A stretch of 39,770 nt of DNA from a virus (lineage: Duplodnaviria; Caudoviricetes), in IMG/VR virus record IMGVR_UViG_3300031954_000029, positions 1 to 39,770 of that record. One strand, 5' to 3'. Below, in pieces: positions 7,267 to 17,790 of the stretch (positions are counted from its first letter, which is position 1; each line of letters starts with the position of its first letter). The translations under genes and the position numbers were made by a program. The notes below the pieces were generated by a model. It made no database searches. It had not been told where the DNA came from and saw only the letters and a list, made by a program, of their open reading frames with translations.

Positions 7267-10200
7267 GTGCCACCTGATGGCTACGGCATAGGGCTGTTCG
7301 ACTCCAAAGGCCCAGAGCGTTTTGCCGAGTCCATCGGCAAGATCACCTCTGCCCTGACCGGGGTCCAGAGCGCCTTCAATACCTTCGGATCGTCGGCCCA
7401 GAAGAGCATCAGCAGCATCACTCAGCTTGTCGACAGCCTGACCAAGAGCATGGCTGGTCTTCAGAAGCAGATCCAGGGTGTGCAAGGGTCCATGGGTGGG
7501 ATGGGTGGCGGCGGCGGTGGTGGCGGCGCCGGTGCTGCTACTGCGGGCGGTGGGAGTGGTGGGACTGGCTCTTCCGGCTCTACCCAGGGCCTCTGGCTGC
7601 CAGGCAGCATGCGTGGTAATGCCGGTGGTTTCAACCAGGGTCCGCTCGACACCGGCCAGGGCACTCAGCCTGATGGCAGCGCCGTGGCGTCCCAGCTTAA
7701 AGACACCTGGGCCAAGATGACAGAGGGCAGCGCCGACGACGCTAAGGCCCTGGCTGGCTCGGGTAACAAGATGACGACCAGCGGCAATGGTGGTCAAGGT
7801 GGTGGAGGTCTGGGTGGACCGGCCTCCATGATCTCGGGTGCTATCGGATCAGCCGCCAACGTCCTGTCCTCCTCCGCGGCCCAGAATCTGATCGCCAGCG
7901 CCGTCCAGGGCCAGTTCATCGGGGCCTCACTCGGGCCGTCCTTCGGCAAGATGACCATGGGTCAGCAGCAGGGCGCGTACGTCATTCCTAAGGGTACCTT
8001 TGCTCAGAGTGCCGCCGACTACGGCCAGGCCAACATGTACATGGCGAACTACATGGGTGCTGACCCCTTCGGTGGTCAGAGTGTCGCCGGCCAGAACTCT
8101 GCTGCCTTCAACCGGAGCGCGCAGCAACTCATGACCATGATGCCTTCCATGACCCGCCAGCAGGCCATGGTGGCGACGAATCAGATGCAGCAGCCAGGGA
8201 CGCTTAACGCCGGTCTGATGTTCGGCTTGAACTTCAAACCAGGCGGCAAGGCCATGGACATCACGTCCCAGTACAGCATGATCTATCAGAAGCTGTTTGC
8301 CGGCTTCCCAGGTGGTGCGCCTTCGGGTGATCAGTTTGAGTCGTACATGGCTCCTGGTGGCCCAGGAGAGAACAACCTGGCTGCCCTGGGTATCACGCCA
8401 GGGAGCGACGGTTACTCCGGATTCATGCAGTACGCCCGTGCCAGGATCGGGATGAAGTCCCAGGGCAAGGACATCACCAAGGTGGATCTTGGCACCAAGC
8501 AAGGGGCCAAGGCTGCCGGCTTCGGTCAGACCGCGGCCTACGCTCAGCTTCAGGCCCAGTCGGCCAAGTCACGCATGGAGTCGGTGGCTGAGCCTGGTAT
8601 TGCCGGTGCAGCTAAGAATCTGAATGATGCTGCTGCTGCACTGCTGAAAGCCGCTACTCCGCTGTCGGCTTTAGGTGGTGGCCTCATCGGCAAGATCTTC
8701 GGCGGGTCCGGTGGTCTGCTCGGAGGCATCACCTCAAAGATCCCTGGCATGGGCATGGCTACAGGCATGCTCGGACATCTCCCAGGTGTCGGCGGGATCA
8801 TCAAGAGCATCTTCCAGCAGGGCGGTGAGGTACCAGGAACCGGCCCTCAGTTGGCCGTCGTCCATGGCGGTGAGTTCGTTCTCACCAAAGAAGATGTCGA
8901 GAAGATGAAGGGCAAGAAAGGCGGTCATGGTGGAGGGGGCGGTGTCGGTCTCCTGGGTGCCGGTGGAGGTGGTAAGGGAGGGGACAAGACCATCTTCCAT
9001 CTCTTGGCCGGCAAGCCTTCTGACAACGAGGTTTCGACCACTGTCCTGGGCATGTTGTTCTCCGCTCCCCCTAGTGGCTCTCTCATCGCGGGGTTGACGA
9101 AACCGGGTGGAGCGCAGCACGGGGCTGGGAAGGCCGCGGCCCCGGCTCAGGGTGGTGGTAAAGGCAATGCTGGTGTAACTGCCCTGGGGGGCATGGATCG
9201 TATTCTGTCAAGCCTTGGTATCCAGCCGGGTAGTCCTCAAGCCTCCAACCTTTCCTTCTTATTGGGTGGCGGCGCTGCTGGTGGTGGAGGAGGTGGAGGG
9301 CCGGCTACCACGAGCGCAGGAACAGCGTCGAATGCCAAAGGGGGAGGAGCCTGGAACTACAAATCGGCTGGCATTGGGCCGAATGACCTGTCTGGGATGT
9401 TCCTGGGAACGGGTGGTGGAGCAGCCAGCCAGACCTCTGACGGTTCTGGGAGTGGATCCGGTGGCTCGGGCGGGACAGGGTCTGGCACGCCAACCAAGTT
9501 GACCGGTAGTGGTAACGCCCAGCAGGCATACAACTTCTTCTTGGGCAAGGGCTTGAAGGACTACATGGCAGCCGGCATCCTGGGCAACCTGGCCCAGGAG
9601 TCCAGCATCAACCCTGGTTCGGCCCAAGCTGGCGGTCCTGGCCGTGGTATTGCCCAGTGGTCAGTGGGTGGTAGGTGGGACACGTTGGTGGCCTGGGCCA
9701 AGGCCCAGAACCGTGATCCCAACAGCCTCCAGACCCAGTTGGACTTCATGTGGTCGCAGGAGTTGAACGGCACTGAGGCCGGCTCCCTGGCAGCGTTGAA
9801 GGGAACCACTGATGTCACCTCTGCCACCACTTCGTTTGAACAGACCTACGAACGAGCCGGCATCCCGGCCATGTCCAACCGGATCAAGTTCGCCCAGAAT
9901 ATCTTGTCGTCCAAGGGTGCTGGTTTCGCCCGTGGCACCCAGCTTGTAGCTCGTACTCAGCTAGCTCTGCTGCACCGCGGTGAGGCTGTGGTGCCTGCGG
10001 CTGACAACTACTCGTCCTCTCCCTACAACAAGGGTGGGGCGCAGGGTGGCAGCCCTATCGTGCAACTGAACTTCAAACCTGGCTCGGTGGTGCTCCAGGT
10101 GCCGGCCAACTCCTCCCAGAAGGACATGGACAACCTCGCCAAGCAGTTCATAGCCGCGGTCTCCAAGCCTCAGAATCTGATGGCAGTGAGGAGTTCGTGA
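7267..10200 (+). CDS. tape measure protein with C-terminal phage-tail lysozyme domain
   Basis: 977 aa, Gly/Ala-rich, follows chaperone; AAGILGNLAQESSINPG...GRGIAQWS...RW...TQLDF...FEQTYER fits the phage tail lysozyme family; HGGEFVL and HRGEAVVP motifs. Confidence 0.88.
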   Translation: MPPDGYGIGLFDSKGPERFAESIGKITSALTGVQSAFNTFGSSAQKSISSITQLVDSLTKSMAGLQKQIQGVQGSMGGMGGGGGGGGAGAATAGGGSGGTGSSGSTQGLWLPGSMRGNAGGFNQGPLDTGQGTQPDGSAVASQLKDTWAKMTEGSADDAKALAGSGNKMTTSGNGGQGGGGLGGPASMISGAIGSAANVLSSSAAQNLIASAVQGQFIGASLGPSFGKMTMGQQQGAYVIPKGTFAQSAADYGQANMYMANYMGADPFGGQSVAGQNSAAFNRSAQQLMTMMPSMTRQQAMVATNQMQQPGTLNAGLMFGLNFKPGGKAMDITSQYSMIYQKLFAGFPGGAPSGDQFESYMAPGGPGENNLAALGITPGSDGYSGFMQYARARIGMKSQGKDITKVDLGTKQGAKAAGFGQTAAYAQLQAQSAKSRMESVAEPGIAGAAKNLNDAAAALLKAATPLSALGGGLIGKIFGGSGGLLGGITSKIPGMGMATGMLGHLPGVGGIIKSIFQQGGEVPGTGPQLAVVHGGEFVLTKEDVEKMKGKKGGHGGGGGVGLLGAGGGGKGGDKTIFHLLAGKPSDNEVSTTVLGMLFSAPPSGSLIAGLTKPGGAQHGAGKAAAPAQGGGKGNAGVTALGGMDRILSSLGIQPGSPQASNLSFLLGGGAAGGGGGGGPATTSAGTASNAKGGGAWNYKSAGIGPNDLSGMFLGTGGGAASQTSDGSGSGSGGSGGTGSGTPTKLTGSGNAQQAYNFFLGKGLKDYMAAGILGNLAQESSINPGSAQAGGPGRGIAQWSVGGRWDTLVAWAKAQNRDPNSLQTQLDFMWSQELNGTEAGSLAALKGTTDVTSATTSFEQTYERAGIPAMSNRIKFAQNILSSKGAGFARGTQLVARTQLALLHRGEAVVPAADNYSSSPYNKGGAQGGSPIVQLNFKPGSVVLQVPANSSQKDMDNLAKQFIAAVSKPQNLMAVRSS

Positions 10201-11648
10201 TGCCGCAGATCCGCATCATCCAGAACCCTGCTGATGTATCGGGCAGTCCTACCGCCAAAACGCCTGCGTCCACGACCCCTCCTCCCACGACCCCTGTGGG
10301 TCAGCAGGCATACAACGTGGCGAAGACTTGTATAGGAACGTGGTACGGGTGGGGCGGTAACGGTCCCCCAGGGAGTGGCTATGCCAGTGGGCAGCCACAT
10401 GACGGTACTGGCTTCGACTGCTCGGGCCTCATGGTCTACGCCTACAACACCGGCCCAGGTGCTCCTGGTGTGACCCTGGGCGGGCGCACGGTGGCTGAGT
10501 TCTGGAACAACAACACCAGCTTGACCACGGCGGTCGACTACTTGGGGGCAGACAAGGGCCTCACCGCGGCTCAGCTTGAGCAGAAGCTGTCGGTGGGGGA
10601 TCTCCTGTGCTTCGGCCCCCCTGGCTTCGCTGATCCTTCCTCCGGTCACGTAGTCATGTATGCCGGCAACGGTCGAACCATCGAGGCCCCTCAATCCACC
10701 CAGAAGGTCTTTGAGGGACCGATGTATGCACCTGGGACTCCTGGTGTACCAACGGACTTGTTCCTGGGAGCAAAGCGCCCCACGGGAGAGGGGTACACCC
10801 CTGGTGGTAGTGGTGGTGGTGGAGGAGGTAGTTCTTCCCAGGGTAGTGGTAACAGTCAGAGCACCACGGGGGCGACATGGCAGCAGGAGGCCGCGGCTCA
10901 GCAGGCGATCATCGCCAAACTCCCTGACCCACGGGACAACCTGCCCTTTTCCAAGTTCTTCCAGATGATGCACATGAAGCCAGGCAACACGCTCGTCCGC
11001 GGTGGGATGGCAGACCTGACCACCAAGCAGTTCCGCCTGTACTTCATGATGAACCCACAGCAGATCTCGATGGGTTCCAACATCGATACCTCCAACCTGA
11101 CCTCGCCGTTGCAACAGGATCCCACCAACATGCAGTTCGGCGGCTACTGGGTGACCAACCAAACGGTCAGCTTCACCATCTATTTCAACCGCATGTACGA
11201 GGTGGCCTATGGCGGTGCCAAGGGGCCATCGGAAATCGGATGTCGTTGGGACATTCGCGCTCTGGAGCGACTTGTCGGGATCTTTGACGCCTCCACTAAA
11301 GGCGGGGCCAACGTGGGAGTAGGTAACTACGGGGCCGGCGGCTACCCACCCATGACCTATCCGCTCCAGGTGGTCTTCGGTGGGGCGAACTCCTACTCGT
11401 TCCAGGGCACCATCGCCTCTCTCGACTACACCTACACCCTCTTCAACTACAACATGGTCCCCATCGAGGCGTATGCCGACATCTCGGTGATGCGGATCTA
11501 CCAGCCCTCCATGTCCAGCCCTGATCTCGTCAACAGCTTGCCGATGACAGCTTCGGTGGGAGGCCAGTATCTATCTTCGGTCAAGGCCACTCAGTCCACC
11601 TCGTCTGCGACCCAACAGTTCAACCTGAAGAAGGGCAGCGGATCATGA
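10197..11648 (+). CDS. NlpC/P60 peptidase fused to tube-initiator/baseplate domain
   Basis: YGWGG...GFDCSGL...GDLL.F...GHVVMYAGNG..IEAP catalytic Cys/His motifs; C-terminal F..NPQQI...YFNR...FQG.I..L.Y.YTLF...MVP. Confidence 0.8.
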   Translation: MMPQIRIIQNPADVSGSPTAKTPASTTPPPTTPVGQQAYNVAKTCIGTWYGWGGNGPPGSGYASGQPHDGTGFDCSGLMVYAYNTGPGAPGVTLGGRTVAEFWNNNTSLTTAVDYLGADKGLTAAQLEQKLSVGDLLCFGPPGFADPSSGHVVMYAGNGRTIEAPQSTQKVFEGPMYAPGTPGVPTDLFLGAKRPTGEGYTPGGSGGGGGGSSSQGSGNSQSTTGATWQQEAAAQQAIIAKLPDPRDNLPFSKFFQMMHMKPGNTLVRGGMADLTTKQFRLYFMMNPQQISMGSNIDTSNLTSPLQQDPTNMQFGGYWVTNQTVSFTIYFNRMYEVAYGGAKGPSEIGCRWDIRALERLVGIFDASTKGGANVGVGNYGAGGYPPMTYPLQVVFGGANSYSFQGTIASLDYTYTLFNYNMVPIEAYADISVMRIYQPSMSSPDLVNSLPMTASVGGQYLSSVKATQSTSSATQQFNLKKGSGS

Positions 11649-11965
11649 TCGTCCAAGGTTCTCGGTACATGGGCCAGCCGGTTATCACGGTGCCCACCGC
11701 ACCCACCGTGACGGGGATCTGGAAGGGTCAGTCCATCATTGACATCTCCCAGGACACGGCGGTAGCTGTGTTCGGTGGCCCACCCGCTGGCCCCAGTGCC
11801 TTCGCCTACTACACCGTGGTGGACGGTGACCGCTTCGACGTGATCTCCTACAAGGTCTATGGCCTTCCGGACTATTGGTGGCGCATCGCCAACGCCAACC
11901 CAGAGATCTTCTATCCGGACCTCCTTGTCACTGGCTCGATCATCAGGATCCCCACCTCGATATGA
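11645..11965 (+). CDS. LysM-like/gpX-like baseplate protein
   Basis: SRY start; YTVVDGDRFDVISYKVYG..DYWWRIANANPE...G..IRIP. Confidence 0.85.
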   Translation: MIVQGSRYMGQPVITVPTAPTVTGIWKGQSIIDISQDTAVAVFGGPPAGPSAFAYYTVVDGDRFDVISYKVYGLPDYWWRIANANPEIFYPDLLVTGSIIRIPTSI

Positions 11966-13152
11966 CCGTCAATGTCGTCGCCCTTCCGATCTTCGATCCT
12001 GGTGGCATCGCGGCCAAGAAGACGGTCAACACCATCAAGGTGATGATGACAGAGGGTATGCACGACACCGCGGTCATCACTCTGCGAGCAGAGCCGACTA
12101 ACGCTCCGGAGTTACAGCCAGGCACCCCCGTAAAGATGCAGTACGGCTGGAGTCCGGTCGACACCGATTGGTTTTTTGGCTATGTCGACCACATCGAGAA
12201 CCACTATGACAAGTCTCTGCCCGATCAATCTACCTTTGAGGACGTGGTCTGCCTGGGGGCCAGCTACGCCTTGAAGGATCCCTTCACAGGGGCCTGGACG
12301 AATGTGCAGGCGTCGAGCCTGGTACAGCGTATGGCTGGGCAGTTCTTCCTGTCGACCCTGATCGAGAACGATGACTACACCTGGCCGCAGCTATCAAACC
12401 CTGGCTCGTCAGCCTGGTCGTACCTTGTGCAGCTTGCCAACAAGGTGGGCTACAGCCTGGCTTGTAACAAGACGATGCTCCGCTTCATCTCCGTTGATAC
12501 CGGCGTGAAGGCTTACGGTCCCAGTATGCCGGTGTTCAAGACCAGGAACACCGCCCCCAATATCGCCTACCAAGGCATCACCTCCTTCCAGTCTGTCACG
12601 GGTGAGTCGTTCACTACCGCGGGTGCTACCAGCGCCGTCCGTACCATCGCTGGCCTTGATCTCAACTCGGGTCGGATCATCGGGGCAGTGAATGATGGTG
12701 AGGACATGACCATCCTGGGTCAGAACTCGGTGTACCCCTTCTTTAGTCAGCAGATCTCCAGCCTCGTGGTCAATAGCCAGAGCAGTGCCCATGGCACTCT
12801 GGCCGGCATGGCTGAATACAACCGGTTCAACTACAAGGCCCAGGCCACGCTGACCGGCATGACCGTGGTCAGGCAAGGCATGCCCATCGTGCTCAACGGG
12901 ATCGATGCCGACAATGACGGGGTGTGGTGGGTACACGAGGTCGTTCACAAGATCTCGACAGTGGGCTACTCCATGGACACTGTCCTGGGTCGTGACTCCA
13001 AGGGTGACAGTGGCATGCGCCCGGTTCAAACCCCAGGCGTAGCCTTCTCCCCTCAGAACCCCTTGCCTTATGCCGTGGGCAATCCCCCTCCTACCAAGCT
13101 CGTGAACAATCGCTGGCGCGCCGCTTACAACTCCAATGTCAACGTCAGTTAG
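11962..13152 (+). CDS. baseplate hub protein (gpD/VgrG-N-like)
   Basis: ATG 11962 overlaps previous stop; HDTAVI, GTPV...YGW...[28 protein letters not shown]; position between LysM-like and spike genes. Confidence 0.8.
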   Translation: MTVNVVALPIFDPGGIAAKKTVNTIKVMMTEGMHDTAVITLRAEPTNAPELQPGTPVKMQYGWSPVDTDWFFGYVDHIENHYDKSLPDQSTFEDVVCLGASYALKDPFTGAWTNVQASSLVQRMAGQFFLSTLIENDDYTWPQLSNPGSSAWSYLVQLANKVGYSLACNKTMLRFISVDTGVKAYGPSMPVFKTRNTAPNIAYQGITSFQSVTGESFTTAGATSAVRTIAGLDLNSGRIIGAVNDGEDMTILGQNSVYPFFSQQISSLVVNSQSSAHGTLAGMAEYNRFNYKAQATLTGMTVVRQGMPIVLNGIDADNDGVWWVHEVVHKISTVGYSMDTVLGRDSKGDSGMRPVQTPGVAFSPQNPLPYAVGNPPPTKLVNNRWRAAYNSNVNVS

Positions 13153-15340
13153 CCCGACTCCACTCTTTCACCCTGGCGTTTATGCAGCCAAGGTTTACGC
13201 CAACAATGACCCGCTGCACCAGCACCGGATTCAGATGTACATCCCCCAGGTCTTCGGTGTCCAGCCGGTTAAGATCTGGGCACCTCCGGTTACCCAGGTG
13301 GCCGCGGTGCCGGCAGTTGGCAGCGTGGTGTGGTGCCTGTTCCAGGGTGCCGACTCCTCCTACCCCACATACCTACCCCAGCAGTCCGGAGGCGGCGGCA
13401 GCGCCGGTCCAACGGGTCCAACCGGTCCCGTAGGTCAGCCAGGCCCTCAGGGGCCGGCAGGCCCCCCAGGAGCTACTGGAGTTACAGGAGCAGTCGGCCC
13501 GGTCGGTCCTACCGGGCCATCGGGTGGACCCCCAGGCCCCACCGGACCAGCCGGCCCTCAGGGAATACCGGGTGTCACCGGAGCGACTGGGGCCGCAGGA
13601 ACCACGGGTGCCACAGGAAGCGCAGGCCCAGCCGGTCCTACCGGTGCAACTGGCCCACTTGGCGGTCCTACCGGACCCACCGGACCCATGGGGCCTCCTG
13701 GCTCCATGTACACCCAGACCCTCGTCAACCCCACCACGGCTGGCTCTCCGTACCTGATCACTCACAACCTGAACAACACCACGCCCATGGTGCAGCTATA
13801 CGACGCGGTCAACGGGCGGATGCTCGACGCCGAGATCACGGTGGTGAGTGCCAACTCCATCTCGATCACCTTCAATGTCACCCCACCCGACAGTGTGACC
13901 GTGGTGGCGGCGAATGGCACCAGTGGTGGCACGGGTCCGACTGGGCCAGCCGGTCCTGCTGGCGCGACCGGTGTCGCTGGCCCCACTGGTCCCACCGGAG
14001 CTACTGGAACTCAGGGCGCTCAGGGTACTCCAGGTGTCGCCGGCCCGACTGGGCCAACGGGGGTAGCTGGAGTCACGGGGCCGGTTGGACCCGCGGGAGC
14101 GGCGGGACCGACAGGCCCGACTGGAGCGGCCTCAACGGTGCCTGGGCCTACTGGCCCCGCCGGCCCCACTGGGCCTCAAGGTCTGCCTGGGACACCCACG
14201 CCGACGAGCAACTTGCGGGCCTACCGGAATGCTGCTGGCACTATTCCCACCACCTGGAGCCAGGTTCGTTACGATGTCATCAACTGGGATACCGATAGCG
14301 CATACAACACCGGTACTGGTGCCTATACCGTTCCTAGAGCAGGTCGCTATCTAGTTGATGCTCAGATCCAGGCCCCGGCTACTGGTAACCGTCAGCAAAT
14401 AGGTCTTGCTATCTACCTGAATGGCGTGATGACCGCTGACGGTGTCACTGGGTTTTCCGGTAATGCCGGTGACCAGATGTCGATTGAGATGTCCGACACC
14501 TTGACATGTGCGGTTGGCGACTCGATCACCTTCCAGGCGTATGCATCTGCCACCCTCAACGTCAGCACCGGCACCACGAACACCTATGCCACTATCGACC
14601 TCGTCGGTGGAGGTGGTCCGACCGGGGCCGCTGGTCCCACCGGGGCTACGGGTGCTACCGGTGCTGCCTCCAGTGTGCCAGGCCCCACCGGTCCTACAGG
14701 TGCAGTAGGAGCGCCCGGTCCTACAGGCCCCGCTGGTGTCACAGGTTCTGTTGGCCCTACCGGGCCTACAGGTGCAGCCTCGATAGTGCCTGGCCCTACC
14801 GGTCCTACCGGGGTCGGTGCCACAGGTCCGACTGGCGCTACTGGCGCGGCCTCCACCATCCCTGGACCGGTGGGTCCAACTGGCCCTCCTGGCATCGCCT
14901 ATCACCAAACGATCACCGGCCCAACAACAGCCGGCTCCCCGTACTACATCGCCCACGGTCTCAACTCGCTCTATCCCATCGTGCAGCTATGGGACGCCAC
15001 GACTGGAGGTCTGCTTCAGGCTGAGGTCGCGGTCGTAGATGCCAACACCGTGAGCGTGACGTTCCGAGTCACGCCCCCGAACAACGTCAACGTGGTGGTG
15101 GGTGCCGGCGTGGGGCAGGCAGGAGGAACGGGAGGGACTCAGACCCTTGGCTACACCTACACCCAGTCATCCGCGGCTACCACCTGGACGATCTCGCACG
15201 GTCTCTCCTTCTATCCCAATGTCACCGTGGTCGACTCCACAGGAAATGAGATCTTCCCTGGGAACGTGCAATATCCCAGTAGTTCCACGGTTCAACTGAC
15301 CTTCTCGGCTGCCGTAGGCGGCTCGGCATATCTGAGTTAG
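13136..15340 (+). CDS. baseplate spike OB-fold (gp5-N-like) fused to collagen-like repeats and fibre domains
   Basis: GVY.AKV..NNDP....RI...IPQV.G...WA.P...P.VG..VW..FQG.D..YP; three long G-X-Y tracts; one C1q-like domain; THNL/AHGL beta modules. Confidence 0.8.
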   Translation: MSTSVSPTPLFHPGVYAAKVYANNDPLHQHRIQMYIPQVFGVQPVKIWAPPVTQVAAVPAVGSVVWCLFQGADSSYPTYLPQQSGGGGSAGPTGPTGPVGQPGPQGPAGPPGATGVTGAVGPVGPTGPSGGPPGPTGPAGPQGIPGVTGATGAAGTTGATGSAGPAGPTGATGPLGGPTGPTGPMGPPGSMYTQTLVNPTTAGSPYLITHNLNNTTPMVQLYDAVNGRMLDAEITVVSANSISITFNVTPPDSVTVVAANGTSGGTGPTGPAGPAGATGVAGPTGPTGATGTQGAQGTPGVAGPTGPTGVAGVTGPVGPAGAAGPTGPTGAASTVPGPTGPAGPTGPQGLPGTPTPTSNLRAYRNAAGTIPTTWSQVRYDVINWDTDSAYNTGTGAYTVPRAGRYLVDAQIQAPATGNRQQIGLAIYLNGVMTADGVTGFSGNAGDQMSIEMSDTLTCAVGDSITFQAYASATLNVSTGTTNTYATIDLVGGGGPTGAAGPTGATGATGAASSVPGPTGPTGAVGAPGPTGPAGVTGSVGPTGPTGAASIVPGPTGPTGVGATGPTGATGAASTIPGPVGPTGPPGIAYHQTITGPTTAGSPYYIAHGLNSLYPIVQLWDATTGGLLQAEVAVVDANTVSVTFRVTPPNNVNVVVGAGVGQAGGTGGTQTLGYTYTQSSAATTWTISHGLSFYPNVTVVDSTGNEIFPGNVQYPSSSTVQLTFSAAVGGSAYLS

Positions 15341-15349
15341 GAGCTAGCC

Positions 15350-16753
15350 ATGCCTGTCTATTACGGTGCCGTCGACCTCAGCCAGAACGAGCTTCGTAAC
15401 GCCAAGGTTCAGAACCTGGGCAGCGCCCCTGCTTCTCCGACTACCGGCCAGCTTTACTACAACTCCACCCAGAACGTCCTCTACTGGTGGAACGGCACGG
15501 TCTGGATCTCGGCAGCGGGCGCGACCATATCGGCCACTACCACGACGCTGGCTATCGGCGGTGCCAACACGCCTGGTGTGTCGACACAGCCCAGTGCCGG
15601 CGACCACGCCCATGGCATGCCGGCCTTCGGTGGCACGGTGGTGGCCGAGACCAGCTATGGCCTCGCCAGCGCGCTCGGCAGTGCTACCACCCTGCCGCAC
15701 TCCGATCACACCCACGGCACACCAGCCCTGACCACCAACAACCCGGTCATTCAGGCCATTGGTGATGCACAAGCGGTAGGTGTCTCGGCCTTCCCATCGC
15801 ATGATGACCACCGGCACGGCATGCCAGGCTTCGCCGCCCCTACGGCACAGACCTCGTTCGGCCTGGCGACTGCCACCGGTAGCGCCGTCACCGTTCCTCA
15901 CTCCGATCACGCGCACGGCACGCCCGCTCTCCCTGCCGTGAACGCCCTGGCTACCACCACCGGGGCGCTCAACATGCAGGCGTTCCAGATCAACAACATG
16001 GCCGATCCCACCAACCCCCAGGATGCGGCCACCAAGAACTACGTGGACGGTGCCATCAACGGCCTGTCCTGGAAGGCCCCCTGCGTCGCCGCCACCACGG
16101 CCAACATCGCTCTGACTGGCACGCAGACTATTGACGGCGTGGCCGTGGTGGCCGGTAACCGGGTCTTGGTCAAGAATCAGACCACGGCCTCAGGCAATGG
16201 CATCTACGTGGTGGCGGCTGGGGCCTGGGCCAGGGCTGCTGACTCCACTACTGCGGCCCAGTTGGAGAACGAGGCCACCTACATCGACCAGGGCACTACC
16301 CAGGCCGGCACGGGCTGGACGATGACCACCCCGTTGCCGATCACGGTGGGTACTACCAGCCTGACCTACGCCCAGTTCTCGGGAGCCGGCACCTACAGCG
16401 CCGGCAATGGCCTGACTCTCACTGGCAACGTCTTCGCCGTAGGGGCAGGCACGGGCATCCTGTCGACGGCGGGCCAGGTTGCTGTCGACACGACGGTGAT
16501 CGCCACCCAGGCGTTCGTGAACACCGCGGTCACCGGTATGGCGAAGAAGTACGCCGGGGCCTTGAACGGCTCGGCCTCGCCTGAGACCATTACCCACAAC
16601 CTCAACACCCAGGACATCACGGTCATGGTTCACAACAGCGCATCGCCCTATCAGTTCGTCCAGGTGGACTGGGCAGCCCTTAGCGTCAACACTGTGCAGA
16701 TCACCTACAACCCTGCGCTTGGTGCAGGCTGGCGCGTGGTGGTGGTGGGCTAA
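15350..16753 (+). CDS. fibre-like virion structural protein with HxH repeats
   Basis: AGGAG RBS; four DH.HG repeats; DPTNPQDAATKNYVD; WK..C.AATTANI.L.G.QTIDGV...GNRVLVKNQT...NGIYV. Confidence 0.75.
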   Translation: MPVYYGAVDLSQNELRNAKVQNLGSAPASPTTGQLYYNSTQNVLYWWNGTVWISAAGATISATTTTLAIGGANTPGVSTQPSAGDHAHGMPAFGGTVVAETSYGLASALGSATTLPHSDHTHGTPALTTNNPVIQAIGDAQAVGVSAFPSHDDHRHGMPGFAAPTAQTSFGLATATGSAVTVPHSDHAHGTPALPAVNALATTTGALNMQAFQINNMADPTNPQDAATKNYVDGAINGLSWKAPCVAATTANIALTGTQTIDGVAVVAGNRVLVKNQTTASGNGIYVVAAGAWARAADSTTAAQLENEATYIDQGTTQAGTGWTMTTPLPITVGTTSLTYAQFSGAGTYSAGNGLTLTGNVFAVGAGTGILSTAGQVAVDTTVIATQAFVNTAVTGMAKKYAGALNGSASPETITHNLNTQDITVMVHNSASPYQFVQVDWAALSVNTVQITYNPALGAGWRVVVVG

Positions 16754-17790
16754 TGCCCCGCTCCTACGGCATCACTAACATCGCCCCCTACGCCGCGGCC
16801 CCGGCAGTCGGCCCAGCCGGCGACACCTACTACAACACCGGGACCAAGGGCCTGTACATCTCGGACGGCACGGCCTGGAATCAGATCCAGGCCGGGGGAG
16901 GAACAACCGGTCCCACGGGACCGGCGGGTGCAGCCGGTGCGGCGTACGTGGACGTGGCTTCGACCGCTCCACCTCCAGCTACACCCACCATCAATCCGCC
17001 CAACGGCTTGCTCTGGGTTGACACCAGTACCACGCCCTCCTGGACGACGTACCTCATTCCTGGACCCACGGGAGCCACGGGACCGACCGGAGCTACCGGT
17101 CCCTACGGTGCCGAGTTCGACGGTGGTAACCAGACCAACGTCGACAACAACACCCTGACTCGGGCCGGGGTCTACATCGGCACTGATGGCAACGGCAATG
17201 CGCCCCCGTTCCCCGCTGGTCAGTACGTGCTAGAAGTCCATGCGGTGAATGGGAACAGTGTCATCGAGCAGCGGGCCACCCATGTCAACCAGCCCAACTA
17301 CATCGCCACCCGTCAGTACAGCAGTGGGGCCTGGGGGCCTTGGCGAATATCCATGCCGAATGTCAGTCGTTACAGCTGTCGGGTTTATCGTACTGCTGCC
17401 TTTACCTTCACCACAGCTAATACTCAGTACGTGATCCCTTGGGATACCAAGGCTTGGGATCCTGACAACTGTGTCAATATCAGTAATGGTACGTACACCT
17501 GTCCGGTAGCCGGTCTTTATCTGGTTCGTGCTTCGGTTTCGTACAGTGCTGGAGGTGCGCTTCAAACTGTAGTGAGGATTCTGGTGAACGGGACGATTGA
17601 CACCGTTGTCATAGGATACATGGGAATCGTAAGTGCCTTTGCTATGGAGGCTGTCGCTACCTTGACCTGCAACGCAAACGACGCCATTACTACGGCAGGT
17701 CAATGCAATACCGCTAATACGGCAATGCGTGGTGGAACTTCTGAGTCGTATATGGCTGTTATCTATCTCGGACAGTTTGGAGTGGGCTGA
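16753..17790 (+). CDS. tail fibre/minor tail protein (short collagen, C1q-like C-terminus)
   Basis: [27 protein letters not shown] repeats, WGPWR, C-terminal YTCPVAGLYLV. Confidence 0.7.
   Translation: MPRSYGITNIAPYAAAPAVGPAGDTYYNTGTKGLYISDGTAWNQIQAGGGTTGPTGPAGAAGAAYVDVASTAPPPATPTINPPNGLLWVDTSTTPSWTTYLIPGPTGATGPTGATGPYGAEFDGGNQTNVDNNTLTRAGVYIGTDGNGNAPPFPAGQYVLEVHAVNGNSVIEQRATHVNQPNYIATRQYSSGAWGPWRISMPNVSRYSCRVYRTAAFTFTTANTQYVIPWDTKAWDPDNCVNISNGTYTCPVAGLYLVRASVSYSAGGALQTVVRILVNGTIDTVVIGYMGIVSAFAMEAVATLTCNANDAITTAGQCNTANTAMRGGTSESYMAVIYLGQFGVG

Noticed and set aside
3125-13029. Long antisense ORFs (e.g. 3125..4102, 10170..11162, 12409..13029)
   Set aside because: Shadow frames expected from high-GC3 codon bias opposite well-supported structural genes
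13390-14900. Repeat array or CRISPR-like periodicity
   Set aside because: The repeats are degenerate 9-nt G-X-Y collagen codons within a CDS; no constant repeat-spacer structure
3899-15340. Extracellular contractile injection system or tailocin instead of a phage
   Set aside because: Neck/adaptor genes, HNH and many phage-type accessory ORFs are present; no bacterial housekeeping genes or eCIS AAA+ ATPase seen
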